Assembly: GCA_037447605.1 (NCBI GenBank)
Contig: CM074804.1
Coordinates: forward strand, 4,627,909-4,691,908
Source: Zygnema circumcarinatum SAG 698-1b
Taxonomy: Eukaryota > Plantae > Zygnematophyceae
DNA length: 64,000 nt
Direction: 5' to 3'
Part shown: piece after piece, positions 1-11,800 of the stretch
How positions within the stretch are numbered: position 1 is the first letter of the stretch
Layout of the letters: every line of letters begins with the position of its first letter
The notes under the pieces: generated by a model
Told to the model about the DNA's origin: nothing
Databases searched by the model: none
The model's input: only the letters and a program-made list of their open reading frames with translations
Translations under genes and position numbers: made by a program

Positions 1-377
1 TGCCTCAGGGCTGCTTTAACAGGCTCGGCATTTGAGTTCAGAAACATCCAGCGAGTGCTTGAAAATCGATGAAAATGGTATTTGTGTATGGAAAGAACTG
101 TATGCGCGTTGATAATAGACACTTCATGATAAAATATATGTAAACATACTTTGGCCTTCACTGACAGCAATAGCAGACTCGCAGCAAATGACGGTCTCGG
201 TGCTCTCTCTCGTCCCGTCTACACCTCCTGCTACCCACCTTATCTGTGTTCAAGACTTCAAGACTTTCTTGAGCAAAGTGAATACTCCAAAATAATCTGA
301 CTGTCTGACCTCAACTGGAATACAGTGACTCTAAGAGTGGAAACCATCATCTCCCGTGTCACTCAACCTCACCGTCG

Positions 378-3300
378 TCAATTGCGTACTGTAAAAGGCG
401 TTATCGGCGTCTGTGCCAAGGGCTTTGGTTTCCGCACGGAAGCTTGAAGGTTTTCAATGTTGGCCAAGCTCGAACGGAATTCTTCCAACAGTTTTTCTGC
501 AGGCTTCGTGCGAAGTTCCTCGAAGGACGTTTCTCGAGGCACCAAAAGTGTTCGTCGTTTTGGGGGGCTTCCGTTGTCAACCTGCCAAGCGTCTCAGAAA
601 AAGAATCTTTCATCGCTAGCCTCGTCACTTGCAACAAATGCAGTCTGTTCTGAGTGGCTCATTCGTGACTGGTCCTTGAACAGCGCCCTCGCGCGTAGGA
701 ATGCGGCGGAGCATACCTGAAGCTCATGTAGGTATGTGTCGATCCTCGCCGATAGTTGCTTTGTATGGCCTCCATGATCAATCCAGAAAGTCTTTACGTT
801 CGCACAGTTCTCATTAACTCCTTTTCTCGCCTCTTCAATCGCCATCACGTCAGCCTTTTGAGAGTCTGTTCAGACATTGTTGACGATTGTTAGAGCGTCA
901 ACAACATGCACGTCTCAAACATGCAAACGAACCTCACTGGCAACATGGTAGAGATATGACAAAATCGCCGAGACGCGCAAACACTCGTGTAAAGACAGCA
1001 GATGCAAAGAGAAAGAACGAAGATCAGGACCACCAAGGTATCCCATTCGCGATTGCCTTTTGAAAACGAACGTTACCTGAAACAAGAGATGTAAGACTGG
1101 CCTGGCCTTCATCGTAATGAGCCACAATTGCCCTCTTTCTTGACGAGTTAGACTTCCGGAACTCTGCAGAGGCTGCAGCTTGTTCCCTGCCAGCACATCA
1201 TGACAACCACCCAGAAACTTGAGCTGCCCGCACATGAAGGAGCTCAACATTGGGTCAAAACCAATCATGGCAAAGCTGTTCGGCGCAGAAACATGCATGG
1301 ACTTTTTTAATCTTTACCCGTGAGTTTTCCTGAATTCTTCATCGTGCACGTTGATTGAATTCACAAGGACGCCCGCCGCGTCCTGCCACGTGTGCTGAAG
1401 CCGTTGCGCACCTGCAACGCTGGCACATCTCCAGCTCGCCGTACCCGTCAGCACGCAAATCTCGGCTCTTTAGCGAAAGCATGAATTGAAGTAGCTATCC
1501 ATTTAACAACAACTAAGCCCTTGCGGAGGATGCAGGTCTCACCTCTTATTTAAGAAATCCTTCAGCTTGGTGTGCTTTGCTGCAGTTGCTGCTTGGACAC
1601 TCTTTGCACATTCCAAGTTGGTTGAGTTGAACTCTGCCATCTGAGCCTTTCCTGAGGTCACAGTCGCCTGCGTGGTGTACACGTTGCTTTGCATGCTCTT
1701 TGCATTGATCTCAGCAGCTTCTATGAAAATGGTGCTTTGTTGAGCGACCTGCGAAGGTGTTAACTGATTTGTTACTAGATGCACAAGTGTTCAAACGAAC
1801 AGGCGAAGTTCTCAACAACAAGGAACAATCTTCGCAGCGGATCATTATTCGAGACATATGTCCGAACTTGATACAACAGAAATGGCAGGAACCGAGTGAG
1901 GAAGTTATGGGCATACCAATGCTTTCCTCTTCGCTGAGGCCTCAGTAGCAATCTGCATGTACCCCTGCATTTCGCGTTCATCTTCCTCCTGCACTTGCAA
2001 CGCAGCGTTGAAGTTATGAGCAATCGAGTCCGAGATGTGCAGGAAAGTAGACGCTAATATGAAACTTCGAGGTTGGAGGATTTGGATGAGTGCATACCTC
2101 GAGCAATTTAGTCAAGACTGCCAATTCTTTGGCTTGCATTGAAGAATTTTCCCTGATGGTAGACGCACAAGAGTCCATTTCCACAGCGATCCTTTCCAGC
2201 AGTGTTTGCATTGTCAGTGTTATCGCATTCGAGATCTCCACAGCTTTCAGGCTTGCCTGCATTTTTCAAGTCAGCAAACCGTCAATGGCACACCAAGCAC
2301 TCGTTCGAGCTCCTCTGAAGTCCGAGATTAGTCTTCCACCTCATTTTTCGTTATCCCCAACTTCTAATGCTTTGGAGAAACAACATTCGTGGCACTCATT
2401 CACTTGAACCACATTGTTCGAGACGATTCATTTGTCTACCTCTCGCTGGTTATCGGCGAAAGTCGCGGCCTCGAGCCGTTCAGTATCGTGCAACTTCTCC
2501 AGATCCCCAAGCGCTGCTTGCGCGTGCTTCACCGTTCCAGTGAGACTCTGCGAACACAGGCCGGCGAGCCCGCCCCAAGTTAAGACCCTTCACTAGTTCA
2601 CTAGCGGCAAACTCCATATATGGCTTTGCAGTTGGAAGGCCACGTGGCGGGCAGCAGGCCCACCCACCTCCCGCAGGTCGAGCAGGAACCTTTCCTCCCC
2701 GAGGGCGAGCCCTTCCCAGGACGCCGCCAAGCGGCCCATCTGCTCGTCAATGGCTGAGGAGGCCTCGTCCACTTCCTTTGTAAAAATTCCACGCAGCTCA
2801 TGGAGACGGTGTCCGAACTTTGTGTTATCCTGTCATGAGGAACGGACCAACTAATGAATCAACCAAACAACGAATGATCTAAATCGCAGTGGAATAAACA
2901 GATGATTCCACGCCAATGCTTGTGAAATATTTTACATTTTTTAGAAGGAGAAGCTTACATCATCTTTTCGTAGCAGAACAGCCTGCAGTTGGCTGTTCAT
3001 GGCCGCACAATGGTCCTGCTGGAACCCAATAGACTGTGCGACAAAGTTCTGAAGTTGATCGAGCTGGTGTTCTATTGAGCTCTTCATCCGGCTTCCTGCT
3101 TCTTCATTGGCAGCTTTCACCTGCTCGTCCTTCTCTGTTCACATTGTGCCAAGGAGCAACGACTTTTCAGCAGCTGACCATTCGCAAGAGTCTGTCATCG
3201 TTGCATTCAATTGACCTATTGACCTTACAAAAGTCTATGTTTCTGGCTATACCAGGAAAAAACCTCCGGTGTTTGTTACTCACCAAGCTTGAAGAAGAAA

Positions 3301-6300
3301 GCCTCCAAATCGTTCGCAGCACTTTGCAATTCCTCTCGTGTTTTCCAGCCAAGATCTGCCAAATTGTTCTCTGTGAAGCAAGACAGCAGTGCATGGCAAA
3401 GAAATCACGGCGTGAATGAGCAGCGGTGATGAAGTGGCTTCTGCTTTCTGCTCTGCTTGCAGCCAAGCTGAAGAGCTGCCTCCTCTCCTTACCGGCCTCG
3501 CGCGTGCGGGCGATGACGTAGTCCCTCTCCCTGAGGGCCTGCCGGGCAGTCTGCAACGCTCCCTCGCTCGTCGCCAGTCGCGACTCCGTCTCCTTCAACC
3601 TCTCCTGCGGAAAGCAAAGCATGGCAATGGGGACCGCACTGTGAGCCTCAGCTTGGAATACAGCTAGCTAAGGCTGAGATAAACTGCGCTTTTTCCACAA
3701 TGTTACTCAGCAGTTTTTGCGTACTGACCACAACTGACAAAAATTCAGATTCAGTGAGTGTCTTGGTGGATTGAGCGTTATGAGCAGGCAGGCTCCAACC
3801 TGATTCAGTTCCAGCAGCTGTTGAAGCTTTTCATGTTCTGAGAGAAGAACAGCATGCTTGTCTTCCGACTCTCCCAAAGCCTGCACACCTCCGAGGAAAC
3901 GAGTCAGAGCAACTTTCTAGGCGATTCTTTTGCATTCAAGACATGCAATCCATTAGGCATAGCAACCAATGCCACACAGCCATTCTTTAAAACACGTGAA
4001 CGTGAACAGCAAAATCCTCGAGCTAGAGTTGTGAATTGGACTGGGAACCGAGGAAGGCCTGAAGGCAAGCAACAAGGAAAGGTAGACAGTACCTTTCTCT
4101 CTATCTCCAGTGCCTCCTCCAAGTATGTAATACGTTCCTTCATCACCTGGACAACATACTCAAATCGCAGCAACCTCCGTCAGGGGTCTCAGAACCCATC
4201 CAACAATGCGCAAGGAAACTGACCATTCATGGACATGAGGAGGCACGGAATATGCGCAGGGAAAAGAGACGCTCAAGGACCAAGCATGAAAACTATGAAA
4301 GCCGTACATTTTTCTGATGCAGATCTTGCTGGTATTTCTCAAGCGGGATGTAGACTCCGGTTTTCTCTCGCTGAAAGTACAATTCTGTACATTGACAGCG
4401 ACATCTTGTCAGTCAAGACACAATGTTCTCAAACTTTCATTGAGACGGCAAAGCAGCAGTCTGGATACGATTATGTTCAACAGAAAGCGTTTGGTTTTAA
4501 CAAGTTTGAAGATAACATAAATAGCTGTCACGTACCTGTTTTCACACGCTCAAGTTCACTGGCGAGTTCCTTAATGAGAGCCGATTTGGTGGTTTTCTGG
4601 TTCACCTGCCGGGGCCAGTTCGTGATCGCCAAGTCAACCAGCAGCGTGAAAAGAGACCCAAGCGAAGTATTCCGTTTCAGGATTATTTCAAACTACTTCT
4701 CTTATGCTTTACTTTATTATGGAAGTAGCCACTATTGCATAAACTGTCACTCATCAACTGTCTCTCGAGGGGCACTTCATTCTCATCGCTCTCAACATAC
4801 CCGACCAAAAAACCACGTAAACATCGCATTGGCATTCTCTACGACAAGACAATGAGCAATAAGCAGACACTCCTAGCCGTATGGCACGCGGGGAGGCCGA
4901 ACCTCGGGCTTGTTCTTGATGCTCTTCGCTCGATAGGCGTAGTCCAAAGTGTTGAGCGTCTCCTCGATGCACACGGGCGAGGGCGATATGGTGGCGATGA
5001 TGCAGGTCTTGGTGCGCCCTCCGAGGGAGTCGCGGAGCAGGCGGGTCAACTTGCTGTCTCTGCAGCAGACCAAGGGCATCCATTGTTGGTGGATTGAGAA
5101 GGGATGCGAAGCAGTTGCTTCAGAAGATGACATGATCAGTCAGTGACGGGTCAAGAATTGTTAAGCCTGTCAATTCTTGTGAAGACGAGGCAAATGGAGA
5201 GTTTGATATAAGGAATAACGATAGGCTTATCCGCGAGCAAAAGCTCGCGGCTGTAACTCATGCTTAGTGGTATCGTGCGTAGCATTTTCCTGACGCGTTA
5301 GTGAGTGAGTGAGATGGCATGAAACGCCCGGACGTTACCTGTATGGGATGTGTCCTGAGTGGTCCACAAGAGTCGTTATAACACGACCTAATGTAAGCAA
5401 GCTTTTGTTGATTTCTCCAGCTTCCCTCGCTCTTCCCTGAAATTTAACATCGAGTCAGCTTTATTGACACAAAATATGCCTGCCCAGTGTGCTTCAAAAA
5501 TCTCTCTACTGCAGTAACCACTTCACCGTTAACGAAAAAAAGATTAAGAAGGAAAGGCACCATAGCACACTCAGTGTGATCCAAGGCCGTGCTTAGTAAG
5601 TTAACCACTCACATCTCGAGCTCCTGAACGGGAGATGTTTTCGGAACCGGCAAGGTCAACCAAATTGAGCTTCCCACATTTAATCAGCTCCTGTCCGTCG
5701 GGTGTTGGCTCTCTCATGTGGATCGTGATTGAGAAAATGGTGTGAGAACGGCTGCAAGAAAGGCCAAAGGTGAACTCAGCTTGAGCCAACACAACCACAT
5801 TGCCCATAAGACGTGAACAAACGAACAAAACGTCGTATCCCTTTCTGAACATCCTTCAGCCAGACGTCCCAGAACATCGTCTTGGGTGCTTCGTGATGCG
5901 CTCTGCAGTTCCTTCTTTTCCGCAAGACTCTCTAATTTGCATGAGCAGCAGTCCAATCTCAAACAGTTAGCTTTTGAAGCGTACCTAGATTGCTTGTTGA
6001 GTATTGTCTCCGCTGTCTTACGTTTTGACGAACCTCTCTCAAGTAGAGAGAAAATGTCAGAGGCTGTTCTAACAATCTCTTCTTCAAGGCCTCGTACCAC
6101 TGTCGCACCAGCTTTTCCGTCTTCCATGAGAGCAAGTGGCTTCTTCTGCTTGTCATCAGGGGCCAGAAGGTCTGTCAACTCTTCGTTGTACAGCTCGAGA
6201 AATGTCACCTTCACTGAATACTCTATCTGTTGACTTTCCAAGGTATCAAAGATTTGCTCAACCGCTCGAGGGATCACCCCGGCATGTGCATGTAATAACC

Positions 6301-7686
6301 CATCCTGTAGCATTGCGCGTGGCAAAACGTCAGCTTCCGTCAAAACCTTTCCTGTTTAATGTTCCAGTGAGAAAGAACCAAAACTGGCGAGGTTTCTTCA
6401 ACTCACAAATACGTCACCTAGATTTGGGATAATGGCAGCTCTATAAGCGCAGCTATGATCGACTATCTACGACTTTCTGCGCCACTCATTTATCTCGCCC
6501 GGTTGTACAGAGGACCTACCTGCGTCCTGTTCCCTCTGCCCTCCATTGTGTACGTTTTTCCAGTACCGGTTTGACCGTAACTGTTCCATTGAAAGAGTGC
6601 GAGTGCGTAAATAATCGAACACTTACGCGCATAAAGGAATTGTCAAAGCTCAAAATGAAGCAGCCAGAAAATGATCAAAATTGCAGCCAGACTTAAATGT
6701 TTCACTCACGCGAAAATGGTGCAGTTGAAGCCCTCCAGGACTTCGTCTACAACCGGGATCAAAGCTTGCTTATATAAGTCTCCCTGCTGAGACTCTGGGC
6801 CGAACACCTGCTCACGATTGATCCATTGTTATTTTTTTCTTTCATAGGAATCTTTTCTTCATGTCTGTCTTGAACTTCTAAGCTCTGCCACAGCAGTTTT
6901 TTGCCAGAAAAGATAGCCATGGCATGTCATTGCGTCTGGTTGGTACATGCGAACCCATTCCTGGTTAGAGACGACTTAACCATAAATCAAGGGGTACGCT
7001 GTGTACCTTATCGAAGGTGAAGGTCCGCTCGCAACGCAATCCAATCGCTGTGTTGTTTTGATGAACGGTCACTTCTTTACGATGCTCATTGCATGAGATT
7101 ACGTGGCCAAGCTGCTGATGGATCTCATCGTCATTGAAAGGCCTGAATCAAGCCAAAAATTAAATTGGAACAGATAGTTGTAGGATGTCCTGGATTCCAT
7201 TGCATTCAACAAGGAAACCATAGTCCCTCTCGATAGTATCACCAAAGCATGCTACTTCCTACTCACAAGCATAGTTCCAGGAAACAGGTTCTAAATTTGG
7301 GCGATGGGGGAACTCAATGGCTAATCAGACTCAACACTTCCAGGTGAAGTGCCTCGCAGCGTCATGGTGTCGAAGTTTTTGAAGAAAGTAATCATCGGAG
7401 AAAGAAGCCAAATGGAAGCAAGTAATTCACTAATATTTACAATAAGATATATTTATTCTAGCATTTCAGCATTTCCTTTGTCTCCTTCCCTCCAGCACAA
7501 AGGCGAAGGACACATCACGCTGGCTTGTCACCAATGAATAAAAAATAAAATGCTCCTGAGCATGCCTAAACCAGATCCAAAAACAAACCATAGAATAAAA
7601 TGGATAACTGCTGGCTTCACAAACCTGCATCGCAGAAGGACTTGCACATTGACGCCTTTATCCTTGTCAATGCGCACGGCAGCCAT
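378..7686 (-). CDS. KIN5: Kinesin-5 (BimC/Eg5/KRP125 family) mitotic motor; multi-exon, span given from stop to start
   Basis: Spliced exons read [21 protein letters not shown] (7625-7686), PFNDDE...RTFTFDK (7007-7142), VFGPESQQ...EGFNCTIFA, the P-loop [14 protein letters not shown] (~6520-6580), [24 protein letters not shown]...[60 protein letters not shown] and [11 protein letters not shown]. Coiled-coil exons follow, then a tail exon [10 protein letters not shown]...[18 protein letters not shown]...VRN* (TGA at 378-380). GT-AG boundaries were checked for the motor exons; stalk exons were only partly traced. Confidence 0.95.
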
Positions 7687-7929
7687 TTTTTAGCAAGCTT
7701 CACTTGACCTGCAAGAATTTTTTTTGCACAAAGCACTGCTCAAAACTTCAAATATTTACAGGCGCCTCTCCTTCCAGAATCCCCTTGACCCTCAAACTTA
7801 TACGGAGAAAGCTCCTCGTCCTGCTGTAGAAAAGAGGTCTAAGCAACTTGAGTGCAAAAGACATGTGTATTGCCAGCACGCAGTACAGGACGGACGCTCT
7901 TCCGGTGGCGTGCGCAGAGCGAGCGGCGC

Positions 7930-7974
7930 GGCAGGCAGGCAGGCAGGCCGGCAGGCAGGCCGGCAGGCAGGCAG
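7930..7974. repeat. Imperfect (GGCA)n microsatellite upstream of kinesin-5
   Basis: gcaggcaggcaggcaggccggcaggcaggccggcaggcaggcag. The same tetramer recurs at ~41355-41403 and ~60620-60670. Confidence 0.8.
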
Positions 7975-8220
7975 AGGGAGGGAGGGCGGGAGGCGACTCC
8001 AACGGCTCCTTCCTGCGCCCCTTTTCAAACCGCGGAGCGGAGCACGGCCCCCTCTCGCTGTGCCGCCTCCAGTTGGGGCCCGTCTGTCCAACGGCTCCGG
8101 CACTGCCACCGGAGCATGGAACCGGCTCGTTTGATTTTTGAGCCACTCGTACGGCATTCAGCCGTTGAAAGGACGGACCGTACGGTGCGAAGCCGTACGG
8201 AAAACGCATTCCAAAACCGG

Positions 8221-8284
<64 letters not shown>

Positions 8285-8358
8285 TTGGGCATGGGCTTGG
8301 GCTTGGGCTTGGGCTTGGGCTTGGGCTTGGGCTTGGGCTAGCGCTTGGGCTAGCGCTT
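8221..8358 (+). repeat. Compound hexamer microsatellite (GGGCAT)10 grading into (GGGCTT)n and GGGCTA/GCGCTT variants
   Basis: About 23 contiguous 6-bp units read directly from lines 8221-8341, lying between the divergent kinesin-5 and DNAJC16 start codons. Confidence 0.95.
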
Positions 8359-8899
8359 TAGCTTGAGAGAAGGGGAAATGATGTGGCATTGATCTCACAA
8401 AAAGAGAGCTTGGCGTGGGTTGTTTGCGAGATGAGTCTGCCGCCTTCTTGCCTGCTCCAGGCAACGAACCCCGTTTGTCTTCCAAGGTGGCAAACACCTG
8501 CATGTCAAGAAATAAACCAGCGTCAATACCTTCACACTACAAGCTTTGGTGTCCAACGAGCCTACTTGGTTGCCTGCTTCAACAGTTATGAGAAACGACC
8601 CTAACTTCAGCCATTTCGTCACATTGCTCTCCTGCTTTGTCTTCCGGACTAAGTTTTCAAAGGTTCAGTCCCCATGCTATAAATCTCAATAGCCCCGCGA
8701 AACGGACACTGAATATTTCATCTGAGCATTTAAGACTCAGCAAGGACTCCCAGCATGGATTCCCCACAAGGAGCTTCACGACCTCCATGGGCATGGGCGC
8801 CTCCATGACCAAGTCCTTACCTTGACCTGCAGAACGAGAACGCGAAGGGAAGGGAAGGCGACGCTGCCGTAGCTGCGTGTGCGCGTTTGGCTGCCGGCC

Positions 8900-11800
8900 A
8901 TGCGGCTGCGAGTGAGGGCGGGCTCGTCTCTCGTCCTGTGTGTGCTCTGCGCATTCGTCTGCCTGACGCGGGAATATCAGCGCGGGAAGGATCCCTTCAA
9001 AGGTTTGCATTTGCTGCTCTGCCAACTTCGCGGAGGAACTACTTTCATGAAGTCGATATTTCTCCCACGTAAAGAACGGCGGCCGGCTTTTCTTGTAGAT
9101 GGCTTTTGCCTAATACGCCCGTCGCTCTGTATTGTAGACCTTGCAATTTTTCACATAGACAGCTCCATTTTGACATGTCGACGAAGCAGGCGGTTTGTCT
9201 TTGTTTTGTTTTGTTTTTTTTTTATTTTTATAAATTGCTAATATCATTATGTATCACGTCAAATTCAATGTCATTTCAGCTGAGATCGATTCTGGAAGCA
9301 CTCGAGTAAAAGTGTTGGGTACCTAATGCCATTGTACCTTGACTTCTCCAATCACGAAAAAAAAAAATCCAAGAATCCAATTTCTTTTTAATGTATCATC
9401 TTAGCAAAAAACGAAATCGTTGTTGAACGGTTTTACTTTTCACGGGTTATAGAATCAGTTTTAGTTGTAGCAGGAGTCCAGATGGAACCTTCATCAAGTA
9501 TTCTTTAGGGGATGGCGTCAAGCATGTTACTAAAACCGTTGCATGACAGTAACACCTTGAAAAAGTAAAATTGAAAATGCAACGAAAAAATTGAATTCTT
9601 TTCGTCCAATGTTAGACCACTATAGAGACGTGGTCTGCAACATATAACAACCATTTGGTTGGAAATTGAATCCATGTTTGTTGAAGCCAGGGGATTTCAG
9701 TATCATCTCTTTCAGGTAATACCTGTCAAACTTGTCGGCAGGCATCAACCCCTGAGAACTATGCGAACTGAAAGCGAGATTGCCTTGTGGGAATTTGTGG
9801 AAGGCCAGTGCTGGGTGTGCCTCGGGATGCAAGCAACGACGACATTCGCAAGGCCTACAAGAAGCTTGCAATGAAATGGTTCGTCTCGATCCTACTGGTT
9901 CTCCATTAACGAAAGTGCAAAGCATACATTTTATCCTGCATATAGTGTGCTCTGTAGTCTCGAGTCCAGGGCGGAGCTGGTTAGCTCTCTTTTTGCAGTT
10001 AGATTACTTGCGATTGTTCTTAGGTAGCTTTCGTCTTGTTAAACGCATTCGTTCAAATAACGGCTGTGGAGGTTACCTCAGCCGCCCTGCCCGGCAGCGC
10101 ACGTTGGTGCAGATGCAGCTTCTTCGCGGCATCGAATATTGTGGGCGTCATCATGAAACTGAAGCAGTTTCTGGTTAGGGTGGATGCATGCAGGCACCCT
10201 GACAAGAATCCGAGCAAAGTGGCGAAGGAGCGCTTCATTGAGGTATGTTTTAATTATCTAATGTGATATGAGAACACGTTTCCTCACTAAAGAAGTAGTC
10301 CTTTGTAATTGAGTGGTCAGAACGTTTTGAATTTGCAGCAAAGCCTGTTATTACAACCTGCAGGTCCCCTACTTTGCTGAGCTTTGGTAAGCCGAGCTTT
10401 CCCATGTGGCATGCTGGTTGTTTGATGGACATATTCGACAAAATAATTGGTAGTGTTCAAAAGCGGTTGTGCAGGTTCAAGGTGCGTATGAAACACTGAC
10501 AGATCCTGAAAAAAGGCGACAGTTTGACGTTCATGGGAGCCATAGCCACTCTCAGGTAAGGGGTTGTAGCGTGCCTCGTTGCTTTTTGAGAACTGGCGAT
10601 GCAGGTTCATTTCGAAGTGGAAAATTCCTTGCACCCCGAAATCTATTCTGTTCTTGCTCACTTTCATCCTTGACTTGTCCATAGAATGGCAAAGAGCGTT
10701 TCTGAGTAAGTACTCGTAACATGTGGTAGGGAAGAAGTTAGTCATGCGGAAGATTGCGCTACCTCAAGGTTTGGAGGATTTTTAAAAACGTTCCATTGAG
10801 GATGACAGTACTTTGCCTACTAGATGTCTTGGGCTAATTTTTAAGTGAGAATGGCAGGAAAGAGCTGGATACCATAATTATGATGCTGAACGATCAGAAC
10901 ACAGCACTCATTTCAGACATCATTTTCATCAGCATTTTGAGCCACCGCGCCCTGGTACGCCATGTTCATGTGTCAAACGTGATCCATGGAGTCTTAGTCA
11001 AGACAGGCGTATTTGTAGCATTTAGAGCGTCAGATTCTCATGCCTCTTTTAAGTATTGCAGCCCTTCTTCACTTTTTTGAGAGGGAATGGCATTCTGCAC
11101 TAGTTTCAGTCTCGTCCTGTGCACCTCCGTGGATTTCTCAAAGGTACACGTGAGGGCATGTGCTTGTTTTGGGGCTTCATGAGGGCTGACGGTTTCTCAT
11201 TCCCGATTTAAATGACCCTCTGCAGAGCCAATAAAGTCTGCAACAATGACGCTGACTGCAGAAAATTTTGTCACCAGTGTGCTGGGAAGCTCACAGCCAT
11301 GGCTGGTTCAGGTGAGCAGCTTACCCTCATCTAATTTAATTGTCGTGTTCCAGCCAAAACGCTTGGCACGAAGGGTATCTGTTGTAGGTAACTAGAAGAT
11401 TGATGTTGCTGATCGACTGCAGTCAAACTTGAAACCTGCAAATTTGGTGTTTCTTCAGCTCGCATCTTGATTCGAGCATACATTTTTTAGGTCTTTCTGG
11501 GGTGGCAGTTGCGTCGGTATTGTTGGATGCTGATGTCGCATGAGCTCATTTTAATGTGCAGGTTTACTCATCTTGGTGGAATATGGAATCAAAGGTCTTT
11601 GCACGGAGCTGGGAGGCCATTGGTGAGTTCAAGCCTGACAGTTGAGTCAGGGAATGACTATCGTTTTCTGAGCCTCATAGACAACCGTGAAAGCCCCGCA
11701 ACAAGATTTTGCTTCTCTCTGTTCCTTCCCAAAGTAAGCAGTTCCGTTCTCGTGGTGGTAAGCAGCTGAAGAGGTCGAGGGAGTGGTCCAATGCGGTCGG

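Noticed and set aside
7748-8503. 251-aa minus-strand ORF with (AQ)n(HA)n, and overlapping GH/GL/GM-repeat ORFs
   Set aside because: These are translations of the GGGCAT/GGGCTT and GGCA microsatellites, which lack stop codons in most frames. There is no domain signal, and the region lies between two divergent gene starts.
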